The notes under the pieces were generated by a model, which had not been told where the DNA came from, searched no databases, and saw nothing but the letters and a program-made list of their open reading frames with translations. Made by a program: the position numbers and the translations under genes. From Woeseiaceae bacterium (GTDB lineage: Bacteria; Pseudomonadota; Gammaproteobacteria; Steroidobacterales; Woeseiaceae), in contig OZ246981.1 of the NCBI GenBank assembly GCA_965232455.1, positions 3,963,911 to 4,027,910 on the forward strand: a stretch of 64,000 nt of DNA, in the 5' to 3' direction. Below are positions 1-9,238 of this stretch, in pieces (position 1 is the stretch's first letter; every line of letters begins with the position of its first letter).

Positions 1-171
1 CAGACGATGCATTCAATCGCCATCGATTTGGATACCGAAAACGTATTCTGACCAGCGTTCAATAACCGGCATCTGCACCGAAAATAACGCCCGGTGCAGC
101 CGCGCGGCTCGGAGTGGTTTTCGATGGGCGTGCTAGAGTAACACTCAAAGACCACGTTCCAGAGGCGCATC

Positions 172-1509
172 ATGGCCAAGCCCCTATGCTTTGTCTTAAT
201 GCCGTTCGGCCAAAAACCGGACGAAACCGGACGGCTGATAGACTTCGACGCCGTTTATGACGACCTTATCAAACCGGCGGTCATTGCCGCCGACCTCGAA
301 CCGATCCGTGCAGACGAAGAGAAGGTTGGCGGGATCATCCACAAGCCGATGTTCGAGCGGCTCGTCATGTGTGAATACGCAATCGCCGATTTGACCACCG
401 CCAATGCGAACGTCTTCTATGAGCTCGGCGTACGTCACGCAGCTCGTCCCTGGACCACGATCGTGGTGTTTGCGGACGGAACCCGCCTGCCGTTCGACGT
501 CGCCCCGCTGCGAGGCATGCCGTACCAGCTCGACAATTCAGGCCGTGCATATCGTGCAGACGATGATTCAGCGGCTCTGACCCGAGTACTGCGGGAAGCC
601 CGCGGTCGGACGAAAGATAGCCCCGTTTTTCAGTTTATCGAGGGCATGCAGGAACAGCAGCTCGATCATGAGAAGACGGACCTGTTCCGGGAACGGATCG
701 ACTACTCGCTGCAGCGCAAGAACCAACTGGCGGAAGCGAGGACGCAAGGCGTCGATGCGATAAAGGAAATAGAGCAAGCGCTGGGGGACCTGGAGGATGT
801 CGAAGCGGGCGTTGTCATCGACCTGCTCCTGTCCTATCGCGCCGTCAAAGCCTGGGAAGAGATGGTGGCGCTGGTGGCGAAGATGCCGCCACCGCTGGCG
901 CGCCTGGTGATCGTCCAGGAACAACTCGGCTTTGCGCTGAATCGGCGAGGCGACCGCCAGCAGGCCGAACGCGTACTGTTGTCGGTGATAAAGGACCATG
1001 GCCCGAGCAGCGAGTCCTTCGGCTTGCTGGGTCGTGTGTACAAAGATCAATGGGATGCGGCGCGGCAAAACAACGATACGATCCTGGCGAAGGGATTGCT
1101 CGACAAGGCGATCGACGCTTACCGGCAGGGCTTTGAAGCGGATTGGCGCGACGCCTATCCGGGCATCAATGCGGTAACCCTGATGGAAGTTCGAGACCCG
1201 CCCGACCCTGCCCGCGAGTCGTTGTTGCCGGTCGTCCGCTATTCGGTGGAGCGTCGGATCGAGTCGGGGCAACCCGATTATTGGGATCATGCCACGCAGC
1301 TGGAACTCGCCGTTCTCGCCAAGGACGAGCAGGCAGCGCTAACGCACCTCGCCAGCTCGGTCGGCGCCATCAGAGAAGTGTGGGAGCCGGAAACGACGGC
1401 GAGGAACCTCAGGCTGATTCGTGAAGCGAGAGAGGAGCGCAATGAAGTCCCGCCCTCCTGGTCCCGCGGCATCGAAGAAGAACTCGAAAAACGGGCACAG
1501 CAGCGCTAG
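172..1509 (+). CDS. Hypothetical protein with an N-terminal Rossmann-like (TIR/deoxyribosyltransferase-like, DUF4071-type) domain and a C-terminal alpha-helical TPR-like region
   Basis: ATG at 172 preceded by AGAGGCG. The N-terminus MAKPLCFVLMPFGQK...YELGVRHA has alternating beta/alpha character. The C-terminal half is helical and repeat-like. Confidence 0.45.
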   Translation: MAKPLCFVLMPFGQKPDETGRLIDFDAVYDDLIKPAVIAADLEPIRADEEKVGGIIHKPMFERLVMCEYAIADLTTANANVFYELGVRHAARPWTTIVVFADGTRLPFDVAPLRGMPYQLDNSGRAYRADDDSAALTRVLREARGRTKDSPVFQFIEGMQEQQLDHEKTDLFRERIDYSLQRKNQLAEARTQGVDAIKEIEQALGDLEDVEAGVVIDLLLSYRAVKAWEEMVALVAKMPPPLARLVIVQEQLGFALNRRGDRQQAERVLLSVIKDHGPSSESFGLLGRVYKDQWDAARQNNDTILAKGLLDKAIDAYRQGFEADWRDAYPGINAVTLMEVRDPPDPARESLLPVVRYSVERRIESGQPDYWDHATQLELAVLAKDEQAALTHLASSVGAIREVWEPETTARNLRLIREAREERNEVPPSWSRGIEEELEKRAQQR

Positions 1510-1712
1510 CTGGACGTCATGACATACTTCAACTGAATGCAGAACTCGGGTTCAACCCGGCGAACGGGCGCCGCAAGGGTAACGTTTGCAGACTATGCTA
1601 TTTGTAGGTCACAGAAAGTCTTGAAGATGACCGCTGCATAAAAAGAAAGCCGGAGCACGAAAAAAACGGGCAGTAAAAATAAAGGCAGCGCTCCGCGAAA
1701 GGAGAACCCAAA

Positions 1713-3764
1713 ATGCACCAAGAGAGGACAATTCGCACGGTCACGATCGAATTTCTGCGGGCCGGGCCACCTCACAATCAGCTGCTGTCGCCGCTGACGC
1801 CGTATCTCGCGGTGTGCGGCGAGGCGGGCGCGACCGTCGTGCACGTGCCGTGGGAGCACGCCCACTTCCTTCGACGCATCGAGGAGATGCGCTACGAGAA
1901 GGGAACCGACGAGGATACGCCGCGCCGCCTCGCTATCCTCGAAGAGACGGGCGCGGAGGTGGCGCGTCTACTGGGACAGATCCCCGCACTCTCGGGCGTC
2001 CTCGGCAGTGACGCCGTTGACGGGGAAGTGCTGCACCTTCGACTCGTCATCTCCGCGTCCGAACTCAGCCTCATCCCCTTCGAGTTGTCGAAGATTCCGT
2101 TTGGCCTGGAGCTACCCGCCGAGAACTGGTTGCTGCTTCAGGCGAACATGCCCGTTTGCATGACGCGCCACGTCCGCAGCGTGCCTTACGGCGGCGTCGC
2201 TTGGGACCGGCGACCGCGGATTCTGTTCGTTGCATCGGATCCGGAGGAACTCCCTTACGAAGAACACCGGAACGCTCTGCTGGAGGCCGTCAGACCGTGG
2301 CTGCATCCCGGACAAGAGAAGAGACCGACGGTTCGCAAGGTCGATGGGGAACGTCGCGCGTATTATTACGGGGATATTCTCACGGTGATGCCCGACGCCA
2401 AGATTCAGGACGTCCAGACGCTCTGCGAGCGGCACACCTACACGCACGTGCATGTGCTCGCCCACGGTGGTGTCGACGAGATGGCGGAAAAGCTCGCCTA
2501 TGGAATCGGGCTCTACGGCGAGATCATTACGGGCGGCCGCTTTGCCTCGGCCATCACCACGAGCACCGACCGGCGTATCGAGCGGCCGGCCGTCGTGACC
2601 CTCGCCTCCTGTGACAGCGCGAACGTCGGTTCGGTGATATCCGCCGGCGCCAGCTTTGCACATGCGCTGCACGAGGCGGGCGTGCCGATGGTCGTTGCTT
2701 CACAGTTCCCGCTGAGCTTCGAGGGCTCCACGACGGCGGTTCGGCGTATGTACGGTGAGCGCGACGGATTTTTGTGGGGCTGCAACCCCCTGTTCATGCT
2801 CCACGAGATCCGCCGTTCACTACAGATCATCAACGAGGCGCACTCCCACGATTGGGCCAGTGTGGTCGTCTTCGAGGCGCTCCCGCCTGACCTTCCCGGA
2901 CAACTTGCGACGTACGGCCACAATCAGGCCGCCCGCGGCCTCAAAGCGGCCGAAAAGCTGCTTCAAAAGGCTGACGAGAATATACCCGATAGCGCGTACG
3001 AACTCGTACACGATCAGCTAACCGCTGCCCGCGGCGCGTGCACTCGAGCGCGCGGAACGCTTGGCGCGAGCGGGCCCTATGCGATCGAAGCACTCGCCCT
3101 GAAAGGGGCCAACTACAAGAAACTCGCGGAGGTCGAGTTCCGGCTCGGAGCGAAACCCAGACTGGGGGCCGAGAAACGAGGGCTTCATTTGCGCCGCTGT
3201 CACGATGCATTGGACAGCGCGTACGAGCAGTATCGCAATGCCGTCTCGAGATTCATGAATCCCGAGACCGGCAGCCAGATGAAAGCGCAACTGCACTATG
3301 TATGCGTGCAGATGCTCGCCCTTGGCACGATACTGGGCAAGGAAGAAATAACCGACGGCTATTGGGAAGTCGCGCGAATCTCGGCGCGCGCCCACACGCG
3401 TTTGCCCAGCGACGAAGAGCGCGCCTGGGCGCTCGGCACGCTGCTCGAACTCAACCTCCTCGGCGTCGCCGATCCCACTCTGGGTCCGCACGCCGCCTCG
3501 GCGGACTACAGGCTGAAAGCTATCGGGCATGCGAACGCGCTCGTAGACCTGTTTCCCAAGCGTGGCGAGTTTCCCGTCTACTCCACCTATCGGCAGCTGC
3601 GTCGCTACGTACGCTGGTGGAGCGCCGCTTCGTTCCTGGCCCAACTGGAACACGAGGGCATCGAACGACGATGGGACGTCAAAGACTCCTGGAAAAACAC
3701 GGTCGAGGTCGCCCGGGAACTCCAGTCAATTCTCGAACCGCGAATCTGGAAATCTCAGAGATAG
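1713..3764 (+). CDS. CHAT-domain (caspase-like) protease with an alpha-helical C-terminal region
   Basis: RBS AAAGGAGAA. The His/Cys dyad motifs HVHVLAHGG and VVTLASCDSANVG are typical of CHAT/caspase-fold peptidases. Confidence 0.7.
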   Translation: MHQERTIRTVTIEFLRAGPPHNQLLSPLTPYLAVCGEAGATVVHVPWEHAHFLRRIEEMRYEKGTDEDTPRRLAILEETGAEVARLLGQIPALSGVLGSDAVDGEVLHLRLVISASELSLIPFELSKIPFGLELPAENWLLLQANMPVCMTRHVRSVPYGGVAWDRRPRILFVASDPEELPYEEHRNALLEAVRPWLHPGQEKRPTVRKVDGERRAYYYGDILTVMPDAKIQDVQTLCERHTYTHVHVLAHGGVDEMAEKLAYGIGLYGEIITGGRFASAITTSTDRRIERPAVVTLASCDSANVGSVISAGASFAHALHEAGVPMVVASQFPLSFEGSTTAVRRMYGERDGFLWGCNPLFMLHEIRRSLQIINEAHSHDWASVVVFEALPPDLPGQLATYGHNQAARGLKAAEKLLQKADENIPDSAYELVHDQLTAARGACTRARGTLGASGPYAIEALALKGANYKKLAEVEFRLGAKPRLGAEKRGLHLRRCHDALDSAYEQYRNAVSRFMNPETGSQMKAQLHYVCVQMLALGTILGKEEITDGYWEVARISARAHTRLPSDEERAWALGTLLELNLLGVADPTLGPHAASADYRLKAIGHANALVDLFPKRGEFPVYSTYRQLRRYVRWWSAASFLAQLEHEGIERRWDVKDSWKNTVEVARELQSILEPRIWKSQR

Positions 3765-3775
3765 GGGGAGGGACA

Positions 3776-4915
3776 ATGGCGAAGAAGAAGAAAAGCACGC
3801 CTGGGGCGACGAAACGCAAAACGACGACGCGCAAAAAGACGGCCGCCGGCAAAACCGTGTTCAGCATCGACATGCTTCCCGCCGACCACGGCGACTGCTT
3901 GATCGTCACCTACGGTAACGGCAAAAAACTATCGCGCATTCTCATCGACTGCGGGACTTCGGGCACCGCCGATCGCCTGCAGGCCAAGCTGCGCACGCTC
4001 AAGCCGAGTATCAAGGACTTCGACCTCTTCGTGCTGACACACGTAGACGCCGACCACATCGGCGGCACTATCGACTTCTTCAACGAGGGCGCAGGGGGAC
4101 TATCGTTCGAGGACGTGTGGTTCAACGGCTGGAAGCACCTGCCAAGGAGACGCCTGAGCGCGAAGCAGGGCGAGATCTTTACGACACTGATCGAGGACAA
4201 CAAGCTGCCCTGGAACAAATGGATGAACGGCAAGGCCATTCTGCTGAAGGGCGGGGACCTGCCTGTCACGACATTAAAAGGCGGCATGAAGATAACGCTG
4301 CTCTCCCCGACCCTCAAGAAGCTCGAGTCCCTGTCGCCCGTCTGGCAGAAAGAACTCGACAAACACGGTTTCGGCGGCGACAAGGCGCGCAAAAGATATT
4401 ATCGCCAGTTCCTGGGCGGCACGACGCCAACGATGAGTAACGTCGAGAAGCTGGCAAACTCGAAATTCGGCGCGGACGGCAGCAAACCCAACGGCAGCAG
4501 CATTGCGTTTCTTGCCGAATATGGCGGCAGGCGCGTGCTGTTTGCTGGAGACGCTCACGCCTCGGTCTTAAAATCCTCCATCTCAAAATTGTTGGACGAG
4601 TCCGCCGAGGCACGCCTGAAGCTGGACGCGTTCAAGCTGCCACACCACGGCAGCCGCGCGAACGTCAGTGCCGACCTCGTCAAATTGCTGGACTGCGAGC
4701 ATTATCTGATATCGACCAGCGGCGCGTATTTCAAGCATCCCGACGGAGAGGCAATGGCGCGCGTCGTCATACACGGCGGAGAACAACCTACACTGCACTT
4801 CAACTACCGCACGAAGTACAACGAGTTCTGGGGCACGGCCGCCGCTCAAAAGAAATTCGGCTACCGCACGAAGTTTCCGCCGAAAGGTAAGGAAGGTATT
4901 ACGGTCGATTTGTAG
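3776..4915 (+). CDS. Metallo-beta-lactamase fold hydrolase
   Basis: RBS GGGAGGG lies 6 nt upstream of ATG 3776. The HxHxDH motif (LTHVDADHIGG) is present, plus later His/Asp ligands (KLPHHGS). The six-frame ORF is longer, but the true start is MAKKKK. Confidence 0.7.
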   Translation: MAKKKKSTPGATKRKTTTRKKTAAGKTVFSIDMLPADHGDCLIVTYGNGKKLSRILIDCGTSGTADRLQAKLRTLKPSIKDFDLFVLTHVDADHIGGTIDFFNEGAGGLSFEDVWFNGWKHLPRRRLSAKQGEIFTTLIEDNKLPWNKWMNGKAILLKGGDLPVTTLKGGMKITLLSPTLKKLESLSPVWQKELDKHGFGGDKARKRYYRQFLGGTTPTMSNVEKLANSKFGADGSKPNGSSIAFLAEYGGRRVLFAGDAHASVLKSSISKLLDESAEARLKLDAFKLPHHGSRANVSADLVKLLDCEHYLISTSGAYFKHPDGEAMARVVIHGGEQPTLHFNYRTKYNEFWGTAAAQKKFGYRTKFPPKGKEGITVDL

Positions 4916-5322
4916 GGACTGACGCGTGTTCTTCTGCGCCGCAACCTGCAACTGGTGAAACGTGATGAGTGGAATCGTCGCCTTGCGACACTGCTATACT
5001 AAGAGTAAACAACCAGACGATAGGTAGGCTGAATTCTGCAAATCGCGGAAGAAAACCGGGCAAGGAGGATTTGGAATCACCATCGGACCTACCTCCATCG
5101 CAGCGCTTCCGCTCGTAACATCGACAACACAATAAGAAATCGCTTTCTTGTAAGAATGATTCCCATGACGTGTTTGTACTCACGGGTGTAGATCGAGCTA
5201 CGCGGGTCAGGAAACATCAATTAGAAGGTAATACAAAGAACACTCGCGGCTCATCGCTTGCGCGTATCACTTCCAGCCTCTGATAGCTGACGTGCGGGAA
5301 GAACCGGGAACGGAGTTACGTC

Positions 5323-7092
5323 ATGAATGAAGTATCGCTAGCAACGCGCAGCTATGAAATCCCCCGCAACAGCGCGTGGTCTGGTAAAAGACCGCGCCGC
5401 GCGTCGATCGTGATGGTTTCAACGGCCGCCGCCGTGCTTTGCGGCTGCTCGTTGTTCGATCCCTATGTCAGCGCGACCGGCCCCGAGGTCGACCATCCGA
5501 TCACTACAGGCGTCAGACTGCCTGCCTGCGAAGCAATGGAGATCAGCGCCAACAGGAGTAACACACTGGCCTGTGCTTTGGGCTGGCAGAACGCGTATCG
5601 CGGCGCATTGAAATCTCAGGCGAAACTGAACTCGTACTCGGGTACGACATTGATCCTTGCCGCCGCCACCGCTTTGGGCATGAGCGGTACCGGTGAAACC
5701 GGCGACGGTATTGTCTGGATCGGCGCCGGGAGTGCGGGAATTTACGGAGCGACGTCATGGCTCACCAGCAAGCCCAGGGAAGCTGCGTACATAGCCGGCA
5801 TGAAGGCAATGAGTTGTGCGGTCACCGTGACGCGACCGCTGATGCTCAGCCAGGCAACAAGCGACTCACTGGACGCAAAGCTGACGGCCCTTCGCGATGC
5901 GCTCGCGGCGGCGCGAACCGCCCTTCGGCAGGCAACGGCGGCGACCCGGAGTTTCGAGGCGGCAAACCCGACCGGCAGCGGGGCTGCCACGATACTGTCC
6001 CGTAGCAACGATATCCTCGCCGCGGCCGACACCGAGATCTCGGGCGCGGCCTTGAATTACGAATCCGGCCTGGAGCTGCAGGTCGCGACCGCCGAAGCGC
6101 CGGGGGCGCTTGCCGCGGCGATTCGCCGCATCAGCGCCGAGGTTGACGAACTGATATCGAAAACGACCGCCGACATACAAGCGCTTCCGGGACTGATCGA
6201 CGGTCTCGCCGGTCTGTCGGGCAGCTTCACTCCGCAAGTGCAGGTAGAAGCCGATCGCGCCGACGATGTAACGGGCGTGGAAGTCCAGGCTGAGAACCTC
6301 CTGGCCGACGAACTGCGTAACAGCATTGAAACCCTGCAAACGGCGCTCGATGCCCTAGGAGCCGCGGCCACGGACGTAAGAGTACTGACGGGCGCCGCCA
6401 GACCGAAGCTGACGCAGGCGGACCTCGACGGCTGCAACATCGACGAATCGGCGATTGAAACGGATATCCGGTTGGTTCCAGACACGATCAGTAACATCGC
6501 CCCCAATACCGCGTTCACTCGAACGATAATGATAAGCGGCGGGAAGGCGCCGTACATGGCGGAAATTCTCGAAGCGCCGGTTGCCAATCTGGCCATCAGC
6601 CAACCTCAGCCGTTCGGGCCACGTGTACAAATTCGGGGTGAGAGCGGCATCCCGGCCGGGACCTATACGGTTTTTATTGCCGATGCGTCGGGTCACCAGC
6701 AGTCGTTAACGCTTACGATTCCGCCTGCCGGCGGCGGCGACGGCGGTTCCGGCGCGGAGAACCAAGGTCAGCCCGAAGACGACTTTGCAGCCAGCGCGTG
6801 TCCCGATGCGGTCAGACAGTCCGATGGATTCAACGAACTGACCGCCTTCGAGGCCGAACTCGACACCAATACACCGCGCGTCGAATGCCTGCAGCAAGCG
6901 TTGGGTATGAGCGGCGACGACGTAGACGGCGACATTGGGCCACGGACCCGCAGCGCACTTTGCCAGCGGGAAATCGTATTGGGTCGTGACGCAACGGGCA
7001 AGTTTGAAGAAGCGTTTGTCGAAGAGCTGATCGCTCAGTGGCTCAATACGCCGGAGGGTACCGGGGCGGTATGCGACGCCGAGCCGACATGA
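5323..7092 (+). CDS. Lipoprotein with Ala-rich coiled region and C-terminal peptidoglycan-binding domain
   Basis: Lipobox VLCGCS follows a basic N-terminus. The C-terminus LQQALGMSGDDVDGDIGPRTRSAL resembles PG_binding_1. Confidence 0.5.
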   Translation: MNEVSLATRSYEIPRNSAWSGKRPRRASIVMVSTAAAVLCGCSLFDPYVSATGPEVDHPITTGVRLPACEAMEISANRSNTLACALGWQNAYRGALKSQAKLNSYSGTTLILAAATALGMSGTGETGDGIVWIGAGSAGIYGATSWLTSKPREAAYIAGMKAMSCAVTVTRPLMLSQATSDSLDAKLTALRDALAAARTALRQATAATRSFEAANPTGSGAATILSRSNDILAAADTEISGAALNYESGLELQVATAEAPGALAAAIRRISAEVDELISKTTADIQALPGLIDGLAGLSGSFTPQVQVEADRADDVTGVEVQAENLLADELRNSIETLQTALDALGAAATDVRVLTGAARPKLTQADLDGCNIDESAIETDIRLVPDTISNIAPNTAFTRTIMISGGKAPYMAEILEAPVANLAISQPQPFGPRVQIRGESGIPAGTYTVFIADASGHQQSLTLTIPPAGGGDGGSGAENQGQPEDDFAASACPDAVRQSDGFNELTAFEAELDTNTPRVECLQQALGMSGDDVDGDIGPRTRSALCQREIVLGRDATGKFEEAFVEELIAQWLNTPEGTGAVCDAEPT

Positions 7093-7141
7093 AGGATACG
7101 GCCGGGTTTTCGCCGGTACCGGCCCCATGATTCGGGGAGGA

Positions 7142-8218
7142 ATGGCAGTACGCCGCACGGACGGCGAGCCTGGAACCTGTGGCGTCATCGTTCAAAGTCG
7201 GCACGATCCTGGAAAAGTATTCGTGCTCAGCAACGCTCATGTCCTCGCGTTTGCCGGCAATCTTGCCGCAAGAATTGGCGACGATATTCTTGAAGGCACA
7301 TCGGGCAACACTGTTATCGCCGAACTCGAGGCGTGGTCCGGTTTGTTGAGTGGCGAATCACTTACCGATGCGGCAATCGCCCAGGTCAATCAACCTGACG
7401 ATGCCGAGTTCTCGATTGTCGATCTCGGCCGGCCCCGGTACGACCCCGCCGTTCGCCCATTTGTCGGGATGCCGGTGCGCATGCGCGGCGCACCCGGCGA
7501 ATTGATCACCGCGACGGTACATCGCACACAGGCGTCACAAGACCATTCCCTGTTCATTCCAATGCGCGGCGAGATGCAGGTTCGTTTTTCGGACCAGCTG
7601 GTAATCAAGTACGACACTCCGCGTCCCGCACTGCTGTCCGGATACAGCGGTTCGGCGGTCGTTGACGAGAATAACCACCTGCTGGGCCTGTTCTGGATGG
7701 GCAGCCGAAACTTCGGTCTTGTTTGCAAGATCGAACATGTCTTCGAGGAGTTCCAGGTAAACCTTGCCGGCAACGTTGCGGCTGTCCCCGCATCAGCGGC
7801 CAGTTTGGCGGCGCCCGGCGACGATACGGTTGACATACTGGCAAAAACCGTATGGGGAGAGGCTCGGGGCGAACCCCCCGAAGGCAGAGAGGCCGTTGCT
7901 TCGGTTATTGTCAATCGGGCGGCGCGCCGTCCCGCGGCGTGGTGGGGATCCACGATAAAAGAGGTCTGTCTGAAGCCGTGGCAATTCTCGTGCTGGAACG
8001 AAAACGATCCGAACAGGGCATTACTCGACAGCGCGCACGAAACGGAAGAATTCGGGGAGATCGAGAGAATTGCGCAGTTGGCCGTAGAGGGCAACCTGAC
8101 AGACCTTACCGACGGAGCCACTCATTACCATACTCGAAACATCAATCCGCACTGGTCTGCAAACAAGCAACCGTGTGCGGAAATCGGCGATCACAAATTC
8201 TATAACGACATCGAGTAG
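7142..8218 (+). CDS. Trypsin-like serine protease fused to SleB/CwlJ-type cell wall hydrolase domain
   Basis: GGGGAGGA RBS before ATG 7142. The N-terminal half has NAHVL (His) and GYSGSAV (Ser) chymotrypsin-fold motifs. The C-terminal half has the WGEARGE...VIVNR...CWNENDP...THYHT Hydrolase_2 signature. Confidence 0.6.
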   Translation: MAVRRTDGEPGTCGVIVQSRHDPGKVFVLSNAHVLAFAGNLAARIGDDILEGTSGNTVIAELEAWSGLLSGESLTDAAIAQVNQPDDAEFSIVDLGRPRYDPAVRPFVGMPVRMRGAPGELITATVHRTQASQDHSLFIPMRGEMQVRFSDQLVIKYDTPRPALLSGYSGSAVVDENNHLLGLFWMGSRNFGLVCKIEHVFEEFQVNLAGNVAAVPASAASLAAPGDDTVDILAKTVWGEARGEPPEGREAVASVIVNRAARRPAAWWGSTIKEVCLKPWQFSCWNENDPNRALLDSAHETEEFGEIERIAQLAVEGNLTDLTDGATHYHTRNINPHWSANKQPCAEIGDHKFYNDIE

Positions 8219-8242
8219 CTCTTCAGACTCGGGAGGCCGTTA

Positions 8243-9190
8243 ATGACCAGCATCAACGCGTACGACTTTGAGCAAGCCAGCGCAAAAGCGTTCAGGGGTG
8301 GTTCAAAAGCCGAGCAAGACTGCCAGAAGATGATCTCACGCCTGAACCTGAAGGACGAAATGAACGGGCCGATCGGTACGCTCGGGCCCCTTTTCAAGGA
8401 ATATGTGACCGAGATTCAGCGAAACATCGTCTGGTATCAAAGCAAACTGTGGCGGGAGCGCCTCAAGAGAGCGTGGTACATCATCTTCAGCTTCGCGTTG
8501 CTCATCACCGTGCCCATCTTTGTCGTGTTCATTCCCGAGTTGGTGCAGAGGTTTGTCGCCACGGGGAACGACCCGACAGTCCAAAACGTGACAGCCCAGA
8601 ACGTGACAGCGCAGTTAACTGCCGTACTTACATCGCTGCTGGCGCTTCACCGCACCGTGTCAACATGGCTCGACAAGCGTAAAGTCGCCGGTCGCTGGGC
8701 GCAGACCAGCGCCCAGCTGAAAGAATTGGTCTGGTCGTTTCACCGTGAATGGGATCCGCGTGACATTACGCCGGCCGTGAAAGGCGAACTGGAAAAGAGA
8801 CTGCGGGACGACATCGCCAAGGCCAGAAAACTGACAAGCGACGAACAGGTGTTTTTCTTCGAGAACATGTCATACCCGAACATCGATATTGCGTCCGTAC
8901 TGAAGTCGAGTCGCGCGGCAGCCGAGCAAATCGTTACCGACAACGCTTCGGCAGAAATCAAAAGAATGGACGAACAGGCCAAACGGAGGATGGCTGTCTC
9001 GAGGGCTCAGGCGCTGGTCAATGAATACCGCGCACTGATTGAGGAGCGACAGGCGGAGTTTCGCGACGCTCTCGCCGATAACGACAAGGCGAAGATAACG
9101 AGGCTGAACAGCGAACTGGGCGACCTCTACAAGAAGTTGAACGCTGCAGAGCTCGACAGGGCGACCGCGTTGGCCGACGCCGCACAATAG
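8243..9190 (+). CDS. Membrane protein with two hydrophobic helices and a C-terminal coiled coil (possible SLATT-like 2TM effector)
   Basis: RBS GGGAGG. TM1 is AWYIIFSFALLITVPIFVVFIP and a second amphipathic helix is LTAVLTSLLALH. The C-terminal 150 aa are heptad-rich. Confidence 0.35.
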   Translation: MTSINAYDFEQASAKAFRGGSKAEQDCQKMISRLNLKDEMNGPIGTLGPLFKEYVTEIQRNIVWYQSKLWRERLKRAWYIIFSFALLITVPIFVVFIPELVQRFVATGNDPTVQNVTAQNVTAQLTAVLTSLLALHRTVSTWLDKRKVAGRWAQTSAQLKELVWSFHREWDPRDITPAVKGELEKRLRDDIAKARKLTSDEQVFFFENMSYPNIDIASVLKSSRAAAEQIVTDNASAEIKRMDEQAKRRMAVSRAQALVNEYRALIEERQAEFRDALADNDKAKITRLNSELGDLYKKLNAAELDRATALADAAQ

Positions 9191-9238
9191 CACGGTATGA
9201 ATTCGGGCTGAGCGGCGCATCCACCGAAGAACGGTCCT

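Noticed and set aside
568-1290. 240-aa minus-strand ORF inside the first gene
   Set aside because: Fully antisense to a well-supported coding region. High-GC genomes generate long spurious antisense ORFs. No RBS or motif.
3018-3653. 211-aa minus-strand ORF and the 5' extension of ORF 3038-4915
   Set aside because: It overlaps the CHAT gene in antisense. The MBL gene clearly starts at 3776 with a strong RBS, so the upstream 246 codons are read-through in frame, not coding.
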